64,000 bases of DNA from the NCBI RefSeq assembly GCF_009914755.1, contig NC_060938.1, one strand, 5' to 3'. The notes under the pieces were generated by a model, which saw only the letters and a list, made by a program, of their open reading frames with translations, searched no databases and was not told the DNA's origin. The DNA comes from the human T2T-CHM13v2.0 reference genome, Homo sapiens. Below, one piece after another: positions 20,070 to 33,011 of the stretch. Position numbers and translations under genes: made by a program. Numbering within the stretch: position 1 is the stretch's first letter; every line of letters begins with the position of its first letter.

Positions 20070-20651
20070 TCTTTTTAATTTGAAAAGTCAGGGATAAAGG
20101 AAATAGATTTGGAATAGACAGGAAGGTAACATGGCAAAGGTTATAGAAAAGTATCGGGGGCCATAATAGGGAATACCAATAAAAGGATTTAAGTAGAATA
20201 TGGAATAGAAAATGAACAAGAAAGGGTAGGGAAGTAATTGGCAAGATGATGTTAAAATGGGTGTACAGGGTATTTGTTGAGTTATTCTTTGGAATAAATA
20301 CCTAAGATAATTTTATATTAAACCAGTACTTAATGCACCCTTCATCAGAGCTAGCATGAAAAACTAGAGATGAGTAATACAGTCTTGGCCTTCAGGAGTG
20401 AATTATCTAGGAATATAAGCTCTTCCTTATTCACCTTTCTACGTTGATTCCAGCTCAAGGCGCTCATAGTTACCCCTATTTTCTTTCTCAGATATTTGAG
20501 AAACATTAGTTGTAGGGTTTCTCATTAGCAGAATGTGGCACCAGTTTGCTCAATGGTGTAGATCTTGGGATTTTAATAAAATAAAGTATATTAATAATTC
20601 TACTTAATATTAGTTACTGAAGTTTGCCTTTCCCTAAATATGAATATTTAG

Positions 20652-20943
20652 GAGACACATCAAGGATGTTTAGGAGAACAAAGAGCTATGACAGCCTGCT
20701 GACTACCTTAATTGGCGCTGGAATCCGAATTCTTTTCAGTTCCTGCCAAGAAGAAACCGCAGATTTGCTAAAGGAACTGTCTTTAGTGGAACAAAGAAAG
20801 AATGTTGGTATTCATGTTCCAACAGTGGTGAATAGTAATAAAAGTGAGGCACTCCAGTTTTATTTAAGTATTCCCAATATAAGTTATATAACTGCATTAA
20901 ATATGTGTCACCAGTTTTCATCTGTGAAAAGGATGGCTAACAG
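20652..20943 (+). CDS. FANCM: FANCM coding exon 22 (292 nt; end of ERCC4 fold, start of HhH2)
   Basis: tag acceptor, CAG|gtatgt donor; ORF 20624-20971. Confidence 0.97.
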
Positions 20944-21351
20944 GTATGTCTGTTGTAATATTTTTAAATGATTACTTTTAAAAGATTCGTAAAAGCATTC
21001 CATAGAAGTTTAATGTTAAAAAAATTTAAGCGGCATCATGCCTGTTAGATTATTTTATTCAGTAAACATTTTTTGCCTGCCAACATATATTAGTTACTGT
21101 ATGAAGCTAAGGGACATTATTCGAAAAAAAGAAAAAAGAAAAAATAGGTGTAGGGATTTCCTTTGAGAAGCTTAGAGCTCTGTGGAGAGACAATAAATAG
21201 CAGTTTCCTTTGACCTTGCAATCTAACATTTCTGGGCTGTTCAGTTCTGTAACAAGAAAAATGAGTATTTTACTAGTTGTGATCATTATATTGCTTGAAG
21301 AGGGAGATTTTAGAATGTAGTTCATTTTAATTAAAGGCCTACATCAGATAC

Positions 21352-21668
21352 TGTCTTAGCTCATGCTGCAATGATAAAATACACAAACAACACAAATTTA
21401 TTTCTGCCAGTTCTGGATACTGGAAGTCTGAGATCATGGCTGGGTTCTGGAGAGAGCTTTCTACTGAGTCACAGACTACTGCCTTCTCATTGTATCCTCA
21501 CATGGCAGAAATAGAGCTAGCTAGCTCTTTGACCTCTTCTTAAAAGTGCACAAGGATATCCACCTTTATCAACTAATTCTCAAAGTTGCCACTTCCAAAT
21601 ACCATCACATTGGGATTACGGCTTCAACATATGAATTTTGGGCAACACAAAAACATTCAGTTCATTGA
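21352..21668 (-). mobile_element. MLT1A-like MaLR solo LTR
   Basis: tgtcttag start; ccaaataccatcacattggg...ttcaacatatgaattttggg end motif. Confidence 0.75.
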
Positions 21669-21877
21669 AGATGTTGAAATTGTTATTCTAGATAATTTTA
21701 AGGAAAGGAAACAAGTAGCTCTTTTATCCAAACTAATGTTCAAGACATATCAGCTGGGCGGATAATGCTTGAGATGATTTCCTTAAAGGCTACTGTGTTT
21801 GGTGTTCTTTAGGTAATATTAAATTTTATAAAAGCCAAAAGTCCTAGTGTAATGATTTTGTCTCATTTATTTTTCAG

Positions 21878-22016
21878 CTCACTTCAAGAAATCTCCATGT
21901 ATGCACAAGTAACTCATCAGAAGGCTGAGGAGATCTATAGATATATTCACTATGTATTTGACATACAAATGTTACCAAATGATCTTAACCAAGATAGACT
22001 GAAATCTGATATATAA
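21878..22016 (+). CDS. FANCM: FANCM terminal coding exon 23 (SLQEISMYAQVTHQKAEEIYRYIHYVFDIQMLPNDLNQDRLKSDI*)
   Basis: ttttcag acceptor; TAA at 22014-22016. Confidence 0.97.
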
Positions 22017-22236
22017 TCAAGCTGCTCAAGATGGGGTTTTCAAAGACCTCTCACAATATTAAATGCACTTCAATAATCATTGCTGTTTTATGTTTATTTG
22101 TAAATAAGAGAATATTTTATTTAAATATTTTATATTGTATACATTTTTATTTATAGATTATAGAAATTATTAAAAAAGAAAAATCTGATGTTCAGTGATC
22201 ATTTTGACTAGATTATAAAACTAATTTTTCTTATTA

Positions 22237-22242
22237 AATAAA
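22237..22242 (+). terminator. Candidate proximal poly(A) signal AATAAA of FANCM
   Basis: Canonical hexamer about 220 nt after the stop, flanked by ATTAAA variants. Confidence 0.55.
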
Positions 22243-22582
22243 ACAAGGTTTATTAAAAGTGTTACTAAGGATAGTTTAAGAAAGTAAAAGCTAAGCTAGA
22301 GATATACTTTGGAATGTTTCCCAAAATTAAAGTTGTACTGTTGTGATAAATAGTAAAGTTGACATGTCTATGACTACAGCCAACTTGTCGATTTTCCCTA
22401 TGTGTAGATAGTATACTTTTAAGTGTACTGATTCTAAATACATGTACTTGGTAAGGTGTGGGTGATGGGTGGGTTGTGAGATAAATGACCCAGTAACTAG
22501 GAAAGTAGAAAACTTAACTGAATGTTTATCTGACCAAAGGTGTGTCCCAGTTAAGTACTGTCAAATCTATTAATATGAACTC

Positions 22583-22945
22583 TGATATGGTTTGGCTGTG
22601 TCCCCAACCAAAATCTCATCTTGACTTGTAATCTGAATTATAATCCCAATATATTGGGGAGGGACCTCCTGGAACGTGATTAGCTCATGGGGGCGGTTCC
22701 CCCATGCTGTTCTAGTGATAGTTCTCAGAGGATCTGATGGTTTTATAAGCTTTTCCTCTGTTCACTCTGCAGTTCTCTTGCCTACTGCCATGTGGAAAAG
22801 GAAACGTTTGCTTCCCCTCCACCATGATTGTAAGTTCCCGAGGCCTCCCCAGCCATGCAGGACTGTGAGTCAATTAAACATCTTTTCCTTATAAATTACC
22901 CAGTCGGGTTATTTCTTCATAGCAGCGTGAGAATGGACTAATACA
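22583..22945 (+). mobile_element. THE1 (C/D-like) MaLR solo LTR
   Basis: TGATATGGTTTGGCTGTGTCCCC...GGACTAATACA termini; perfect 5-bp AACTC target duplication. Confidence 0.92.
22873..22878 (+). terminator. Candidate distal FANCM poly(A) signal ATTAAA inside THE1 LTR
   Basis: Native MaLR LTR poly(A) hexamer in sense orientation. Confidence 0.65.
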
Positions 22946-23128
22946 AACTCCCAGCTACATTACTCTTTTTTGTTGCTGAAATATATTCAAAATGGTATAT
23001 TGGTTTGGACTTAGAAAGTTTCTTTTTAATATAAATTACTGAATGCAGGCCCATTATGTTGACCCTATTATATTTACCGTTTTGATCCATTCTGTTGTCT
23101 GTGATGGCATTAAGAAGGCTCTGCTTGG

Positions 23129-23496
<368 letters not shown>

Positions 23497-25199
23497 TCAG
23501 TCTAGTACTAAAGCAGCCTTGAATTATGTGAGTCCTTTATTCTCGGCCTCATTTTTACCCCTATTACATTGTTGGGTAGTTGAACCAGCCTCACTGCAGA
23601 GCTCTCCTCACCTTAAATCTGGCGGGGACTTCAGAGCTCATGTAATTCAAATCACTTCTCTTTCCTTTCTTACCAAATGATAAAAGTGATGCCCAGAAAC
23701 AAGTGACTTATTCAAGTTTAGACTGGCAAATCTAGAAGCAGAACTCACAAACTAGGTATCATTCTCTTTCACTCTATGGTGTTGATAAAAGGGGACAAAA
23801 AAGTTACTCTAATTGTTTAGCTCCTTTGAGATAGTATCAACTCTCAATTTGTATGAAAGCAGCTGACTTATGTATGCTGCTCAATAATTCTGTCAAAACC
23901 ACAGAGAGGAAACACTAAGTTATTGCCTAGTGTGCAGTTATCAGTTTATTATAACTGGACTTTTTGAGTATTTCTCCTTTAGTAGTGAGCACAATGCTAA
24001 GCTGTGACAGGAGGAAAGGAGCCTCTTTGTGGTTCCACTGTGCTACATCTTCATGTATCTTGCTCCTGCCACATTGTCAGCAGGGCCTGTGGGTAGGGAC
24101 ATCTGGTGGTGCTTTGCCCCAGCTGCATGCCAGAATCATGCAGTCCCTCAACAACCTCACACAGAGATACCACCACCTGCTCAGACTCAGCTGTGTGTGC
24201 ACCCGTCAGACAAAAAAAAGTACATAAATTAACATGGTGTTACAGACATAACCTAGAGGATTTCATTTATTTATGCTTGCTGTATGGAGAGCTCTATCCA
24301 TATTTAGGCTTGCAATAGCCTCCTCCTATATCCTCATTGGTAGCCATTAACCATTCATTATCCATCTTATTATTTAAGTCCTTAAGGTCTTTTTTCTTTT
24401 CCACTTTTAAGTTTCCTTTGGGGGTTACTTACCTTAAACCTTATCATTAGTTCATCTTATGACCTGATAGAAATAGGACAAGCCAGGTACCTGGCCGGTG
24501 AGATACCTTAGTATAGGGAAGGCGCTGAAGTTCTGATACGGATATATGGGCAGTAGGGGTCAAACTCAAGTTTATGCCATTTCAATTACCTTTTTACTTT
24601 TTGTTAAGGGATTTAACCACTTTCTTAACTCCTAAAACACTATCCATTAACTTCAAGCAGTATAGCATTAGATCAAATATTGGCAACTCAAGTTCTGCAA
24701 CGGCATTTTTTTTGGCCACTCCAAAATAACCCTTTCTTTTGATCCATTCTATATCCACCAAGGGTCTTTATGGCAGAAATAATCATGGTAGTTTAAAGAA
24801 AGAATTATCTTAGTCCAATTGCACTGTTCTTTTTACAGTGTTTCCGTAAGTCCTATAATTATATAACTGCTGATTATTACTATTTTATTTTATTTATTTA
24901 TTTATTTTAAAAGGAGTCTCTGTTACCCAGGCTAGGGTGCAGTGGCCAGTTGCAGGCATGATCATAGCACAGTTCAGCCTTGAACTCCTGGGCTCAAGCT
25001 ATCCTCCTTCCTCAGCCTCCCAGGTAGTTGAGACTACAGATACATGACACCATGCCTGCTCTGACTAAAACACTTAAGAAACAAGAAAATGTTATTAATC
25101 ATTTTTTTTTTTTTTGAGGAAACTTAAACAGGACCAGTCATGATTTGTTTTTATTTCTATCATCCAGTAATTAGTAACAAACAAAAAACAAGAAACAAA

Positions 25200-26119
25200 T
25201 ACTATAAAAGCAAACTAACTTTATTTGAATAATCTAAATAGAGAACAAGGGTAGGTGAATGTGTAGCCAGAGGGAAAATATCCTATGTCAAGTTTCAAAA
25301 CATAACAAGCAAAAATAAGTTTATTTCTAAAAGAAATTTCAGTGAAAGAAAAAGGATGTTTATTATGACATAATATATTGATTCCTAATGGTGGATCTAT
25401 TAACTGTTTGTCTAATCTAGTCAAAATATTTAAGCTGTTTCTGCATATGTAAATAAGGCTTAAAAATTAGAGAACAAAATCTGTTCTCTAATTTTACCTA
25501 GTAAAATAATGGTAAAGCAATAAACTAAATTTACAAAGGTTTCATAGATATGCCTATCACAAGTTTAAAATAAAAACAATCAGGAGAGAAGCATGTCAAC
25601 AATGTGTAATTTAATTTCAACAATGTGTAATTTAAACATTAGGTTTGGATAACAACTGGTAACAAATCCTACTCTGGCTTGGATAATAACTGCTAACAAA
25701 TGCTAACTTAAAAGTTTTCATGAATTCAATAGCTACCAATACAACCTCTGTCATCCTTCTCACCTTCTCTTACTTAAATGGTAGCAAAATTTTCTTGAAA
25801 TAAAAAAAAAATCTGTTTGGGAAATGGTTTTCTTAAAGTAAACAGACTTGGATGCTTATTAAAAAATTATCTATATATATTTTAATATGCAAAAACAAAT
25901 TTACAGATATCTACACGAGCAAAAACAATTTTCTTTACATTTTTAGTAAGCTGCAGCAATGAGGATATTTTACTTTGAACACAAACATATGAAACCTTCA
26001 AAAAAGTCCACATTTTCATAGGAAGCTACTTTACAAAGAAAATACATGTACTCCAGTTGAAAATACAAACACTGTCTGCTTTATGGTAAAAATCCCAGGA
26101 ATCATATTTTCTCATTTTA
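25200..26119 (-). other. MIS18BP1: MIS18BP1 3'UTR (about 0.9 kb)
   Basis: AU-rich sequence free of recognisable transposons between stop codon and poly(A) signal. Confidence 0.75.
25220..25225 (-). terminator. MIS18BP1 poly(A) signal AATAAA
   Basis: tttatt on +; U/GU-rich downstream element on - strand at about 25175-25198. Confidence 0.75.
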
Positions 26120-26223
26120 CTATGCAGAATCAGAGTTCGAAAAATAATAATCTTTCTCTTCTTCATCTAAAGATTCCACAGCATTAGTGAAAAGTTTTCC
26201 AATACCAGAGTTTTCTCCTAAGT
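26120..26223 (-). CDS. MIS18BP1: MIS18BP1 terminal coding exon 17 (LGENSGIGKLFTNAVESLDEEEKDYYFSNSDSA*)
   Basis: ctttacag acceptor; TAG stop at 26122-26120. Confidence 0.96.
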
Positions 26224-26409
26224 CTGTAAAGAGAAGTTTAATAAAAAGATAATAAATTTCTAAAAGTACTTTCAATAAAACTGAAAACAACTATAAGGAA
26301 TAAAATGCTAAGTCTGTCCACTTGAGAGCAATTAATTTTAATACCATTTAAATAAAGAACCTACCTTATAATAGAACTGAGCCACAAAAGAAAGCTGTAA
26401 GTGTATTAC

Positions 26410-26464
26410 CTGTGTTAAATGGGGTTTTCCTTCTTGGTGTTGGAGTTGAGAAATCAGTTTCAAC
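26410..26464 (-). CDS. MIS18BP1: MIS18BP1 exon 16 (55 nt; VETDFSTPTPRRKTPFNT)
   Basis: tatag acceptor, CAG|gtaata donor; phase consistent. Confidence 0.95.
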
Positions 26465-28093
26465 CTATAAAAGAGTTACTATTAATAGCTAAATGGTACC
26501 TCCTGGTGAAGTCTACCTCAAATCTAGACAAAATTAAGCATGCTTATCCCCAGATTACTTTGAACATATGCCTATAACAACATTTAATCACATTATAATT
26601 ATCTGTGAAATGCATAATTCTCTTTTGGGTTTATCCAGGGCAAGAACCATGACTTACTCAATGTTGTTTCCCAGTGCTGGCAAACACTCCTCTAAGAAAT
26701 TATTATAAACTAATGCTATAGCAGTTAAAGGATAGTCTATGGGCCTCCAAAAGTTGCCAAAATGTGCTAAGTAATTAAGTAATGAATATACTGGTTTGGT
26801 AAACTTAAAATATAAACACAATTTATCATGATTATATATAGTAATTATAATTACAATACTATACTGTACTATTACAGTATAGTAATTACTATACAGAATA
26901 CTAATTACTGTATTACTTTTACCTACAGTCTGTTATTATAACAGTACAATGTTTTATACCAGCAGAATTTTAATTCTCTGTACTTGAAATTCTTGGCTAA
27001 AATGGTAAAGTAAATGGCAAGTTTGAAGTACATGCTCACACACATTACAATGCTTATCAAACTATTGGCCATGGCTGGCAATCCTTAAAAATCTTTTAAA
27101 AATAAAAAGTAACAGAACAGAAAATATAGTAGCCCTTAGAGTAAGTACTGTTTTAAGAAATTTTTGAGATACAAATTCATGCTCACAGACTGTGATATAA
27201 ATGTATTTTTTTCTGAGATGAGGTAAAACACTGCATTATATCATTTAGACCTCAAAATCATTTGGTAACATAAATCAATATAATCATGATCCCCATTGTC
27301 ATACCACACATGAATAAAATGGTATTAGAAAGCTCAAGTAACTTGCTCAGTGTCATAAAGCAAGGGAATCAAGGGGGTTCCCATAAGTTACCATTCTCGA
27401 AGATTAGCTACTTAGAGGAAATTTGAGATGAAATACTTTTTCCAGAATCCTAGTACTTATATATGATAATCAGTTATTGCAATTAAAATCAGAAAATTAA
27501 AAATTTAAAAAGTAATTCAAGGGGATAAAGGACTGTCCTAATCTTTTCTCTAAGGGATATAGATCATTCTATTAAGGCATCTTTCAGTTAAAAATTTTTC
27601 TGTAGTTGGATTTTAAATGTTAGAATGTAAAAAAATAAAAAGTAAAAAAATAAAATTAAGTAGCTAAATCTGAAAAACACCTGAAGCCATTTTAAAGCTA
27701 CATAGAATTTGATGAAATTTCTTACTTTATGAGAATTGTGACTCAGTCTGAATTATTCTTCAATCCTTGAACAGGATTGTTTTTGTGTTTTGTGTTTTTG
27801 TGTTTTGCCTGAAATATCCTTCCCAGACCTCTGTGTATATTTTTCCCACCCTTCATTTCCCAAAAATCAAAGTTTTTAGCCATTTTCCCCTTGCTCCAAT
27901 GTTTCAGTCAATGTGATGCCATCTGTAATCCTACAGTACTTATGTGCTTACCTCATTCATGGCTTCATTATTGTAACTTGTTACATTATAATCACCTCAG
28001 GGACAGGGACTGTTACATGACTTACAACTACCACAGTTTATCACATATTAAAGTTGTTTCATAGATATGTATTGGATAAAGAAAAATACTTAC

Positions 28094-28181
28094 TAATTTT
28101 TTCTTGATGTTGCCCCAGACAATACCACCATTACTTTTATGATATTTTTGCATACGAAAAACATATTTATCACAGTCATTC
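28094..28181 (-). CDS. MIS18BP1: MIS18BP1 exon 15 (88 nt; NDCDKYVFRMQKYHKSNGGIVWGNIKKKL)
   Basis: cag acceptor, gtaagt donor; in frame. Confidence 0.95.
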
Positions 28182-28262
28182 CTGTTTGAATACGAAATAA
28201 TTTTAAGTCAACAATATTTTTAAGTCAACCTAATAATTTTAAGTTAACTGTCATACTTTTAA

Positions 28263-28685
<423 letters not shown>

Positions 28686-29336
28686 TAAATCAAACATTTT
28701 ACAGGAAATACTGATCAAGACTATTTTGGGAAATTATGCTTTGCTTACCGTTCATTGTACCGTCTACGCTCTTTCCGGTATCTTGCTGCCTCTCTTGGTT
28801 TTCCAAAACTCCCACTGAGACTTCTTCTCCTTGGACTCCCTTTTGCTATACCATTATCTCTCCTGTTCACTTCCTTCCCTGTCCTAATTGAATCTCAGTT
28901 TATTCACTTTAAAGATATGCCTGGTGATTGAAAACTGTCAATTTTTCCAACTGTGCTGGGTTTCTAATCCAGCTCATCAAGCCTTTTATTTCTACAAAAT
29001 TTTATCTTTCTTGAATTCCCCATACCAACCACCAAATTTTTTTTCTTTATTTCATTTCCTTTACCTTATCTCTTCCCTTACAAGCAAATATGCTTCACTC
29101 ATAACTGAAGAGATTAAAAGCCAAGTAGAATTGTTGGTTGTTTTTAATTCCCTAAACCCACAATTCCTAATCCCACTTATGACAGTAAATACCAGCTGAA
29201 CATCCATTTCCATACTCTCTCTTGGCTCTAAGATCTTACATACCTGAGTATCCTCTGTTCTTTATGACTATTTGGGAACAACCTTAAAGGCATGACATGA
29301 AGAAATGTGACTCTATTAAGATATTTATCTGAATCA

Positions 29337-29714
<378 letters not shown>

Positions 29715-30314
29715 CTATTATCAAAGAGATGTCTTTGAAGACAAAGAGTTTTTCACTTCTGAAGTGATATAACTGTTTGATTACTTAAAACTGTTATGAA
29801 AAGTACGTCAATTACTAGAGCTAGTAAAGTCAGAGAGAGTGAAGAAGCCTAAGAAAATCATTTTTTTAAGAAAAAAGTTTCAGACAATATAGATTCATAA
29901 CATAAGTGAATCTATCGTGTTTCTTTAATTGTAAAAGTGACATAAATGGACAGAAAATATCCCCCAAAACAAAAAACAAAAACCCACAACCCACACTGGT
30001 GTCATTCTACAACCTAGAAAGAATGGCTGGTGATGTGTAAGTTAAGAAATTTCCTTCCTTACGAATTTGTTACATAAAATTGGGATCATGCTGAATGTAG
30101 TTTTCCTAGCTTTTGAAAACTACTATCCACTGGACATTTTTCTGTCATTAAATTCTTGAAGACATGATTTGTTTCATATTCCATTATATGGATAAATCTT
30201 AATTTATAACTTTCCTTATTTTTGGATGTTTTGGTCATTCTCAAACTTTCAGTATTATGTTTTATGATGAACATCTGTGTTCCAAATCTCATATTTCCTT
30301 AAAGTGTCTAATAA

Positions 30315-30643
<329 letters not shown>

Positions 30644-31184
30644 CGGATGAATATTTTAAGGCTTTTGATGAACTGGTCAAAGTGCTTATCAAAAAATTTG
30701 TCCAAAATAGTATTCTCAGTATGCTTTCCCCTGCACTAAATACTAAAAATAATTTTTAGATGCCTAGGAAAATTATATTTTTATCCAATAAGTGCAAATT
30801 AAAATTTTAGCAATTTAGCAAGCTTCCTGAGAGTACTGAATAGTTTTTTTCTCAGTCACTATTATCTTGCTTCTGCCTCTCATTCTGTGGAAATTGCTCT
30901 AAGATCAGCAATGGCCTCTTACTTGCCAAATGGAATAGCCTATTTTCAGGCCTCATTCTTACTATTTTCCATCTTTTTTTGGTGACATTTTATTGTTAGT
31001 CACCCCTACTTTTTTCTTAATTTTATTTATTTATATGTTTCAAATTGTTCTTGTATTCACATGGTTCAAAATTCAAAAGCCCCCCTCTCCTTCCTCCAGC
31101 TACCTTAGTTCTCCCTAAGGATCACCAATGTTTTGGTTTCTTATGCATCCTTTTATAAAGACTTAATCTAATAAAAGCAATTAT

Positions 31185-31203
31185 ACACACACACACACAC
31201 ACA
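31185..31203. repeat. (CA)n microsatellite
   Basis: Direct read. Confidence 0.85.
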
Positions 31204-31340
31204 AGTATATACATATATGCATACATACATATAGCTTCTATTTACACAAACAGTAGTATATTATTCACTGCATCTACCTTTGTTTCATTTAATATATCTT
31301 AGGCATTTTATCATAATAGCAATAAAAAATATCTTCATTA

Positions 31341-31628
31341 ATTTCTTTTTTTTTTGAGACAGGATCTCACTCTGTTGCCCAGGATGGAGTGCAATTGTTG
31401 CAATCACAGCTCACTGCAGCCTACACCTCTGGGACTCAAGCAATCCTTCTACATCAGCCTCCCTAGTAGCTAGGGCCACAGGCTTGCCCCACTGCATCCT
31501 GCTAACATTTTTGGGTTTTTTTTGTAGAAATGGGGTCTTCCTATGTTGCCCATGCTGGTCTTGAACTCCTGGGCTCAAGTGATCCTCCCAAAGTGCTGGG
31601 ATTACAGGCTTCAGCCACTGTGCCTGGC
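31341..31628 (-). mobile_element. AluJ
   Basis: Diverged reverse dimer. Confidence 0.9.
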
Positions 31629-32390
31629 TCTTCATTAATTTCTATGACTATATAATGGACCAGAGTTCATTTAATTAGTCCCTACTGATAGATTTTTGAG
31701 GTACTGCCATTTAAACAATGCTACAATGAATAAGCTGTACATTCACAATTCTATAAGTAAAATTCCTAAGTCAAAGGGCATGTGCATTTATAATTTTGAT
31801 ACTTACAAATTGTTGCTGCAAAGATCGCACTACTTTACCTTCTCACTAGCAATGCACAAAAATTAACAATGCATTCCTTGTTAGTTTGTAGGAATGCTGT
31901 ATATATTACGGAAATTAGCCTTTTGCCTGTGACAAGTTGCATATATTCTTTTCTCAGGTTGTCTTTTGTTTGTAGTGGTTGGTACCAGGTAAAATTTGTT
32001 AAACATTTTTACACAGTTGACTTTATTCATCTTTTCATTAATGGCTTGTAGGTTTTATAGTATAGTTAGAAAGACCATCACTAATCTGGTATTATAAAAT
32101 AATTCTCCAAGGTTTCTTTAGTTTTTTTTTTTTAAAGTTTTTTACAAGTAAAACCTTGATCCATTTCGAATTGATCCAGAAGTAAATGTGGGTTATATCA
32201 CAATGCTGTTTATTGAATAGCACCCCGATTTGATGAACTTGTCCATCCTTAACTTCTAGAAACTACACATTCTTGATTTTTTAAATAATGCCTCTTCCCA
32301 TTACTGGCATCTATGGTCCTCATGAAATGTTTAAATGTTCCTCACTACTCTGATGCAGAGAATTAACATATCATATGCATGAATATTTAC

Positions 32391-32539
32391 CTATTTATAG
32401 AACCTAGCATGCCAGGACTGACATGCTGACATTGAGGAGTTTTTACCAATGGAAAGATAACTGATGATGGAGTTGTTGGATTTTTGTCCATATTTGGCAG
32501 AATATCATCATCATCTTCACTGTCCTGGAAACTTGGCAA
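32391..32539 (-). CDS. MIS18BP1: MIS18BP1 exon 14 (149 nt; LPSFQDSEDDDDILPNMDKNPTTPSS...)
   Basis: ttttctag acceptor, AG|gtaaat donor. Confidence 0.95.
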
Positions 32540-32681
32540 CTAGAAAACAAGTATTTATTATCAGCAGGCACCCCATAAAAGGTATTTTCTCATTATCACA
32601 AAATAGTTTTGGAGGACTGATAAGTTGGTTCTTCTTGTAACTTTCCAAGTTAGATAATTAAAAACAGTAGTACGTAGAGGA

Positions 32682-33011
32682 GTAGAGGCTAGAGGAACTC
32701 CATTTTAGATGCTAATTCACCATGCTGACTTCTGATTAAACCTGGATCTGGAAATGCCTCTAAGATTTCTACCTCCATATACTTACTGGAAATCTTGTCC
32801 TTAGGTCAAAACAACCTTGGTGTTATCGTAAACACATACTTACCATAAATACAGCCCTTAGGCAAATTCCCTATGGTATATAAACCCTGGGTCTGGGGGG
32901 ATAACAGTGCCCAAATCCACCATCTTGAGGCCACCCAAGAGATGGCTTCTGCTCAAAAGTCTCTATTAAATGTTTCTGAGAAACTGGATTTGTCACCCTC
33001 TTTATTCAGCC
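32682..33011 (+). mobile_element. LTR47-like ERVL LTR, 3' end interrupted
   Basis: tagaggct...aactccattttagatgctaat start; TATA at about 32877, ATTAAA at about 32965. Confidence 0.6.

Larger units (their letters stand above)
22017..22900 (+). other. FANCM: FANCM 3'UTR (3' end approximate)
   Basis: AU-rich sequence after stop; AATAAA 22237-22242 and LTR ATTAAA 22873-22878. Confidence 0.7.

Noticed and set aside
22450-22474. G-rich patch in FANCM 3'UTR as RNA G4
   Set aside because: Only three GGG tracts plus GG; weak.
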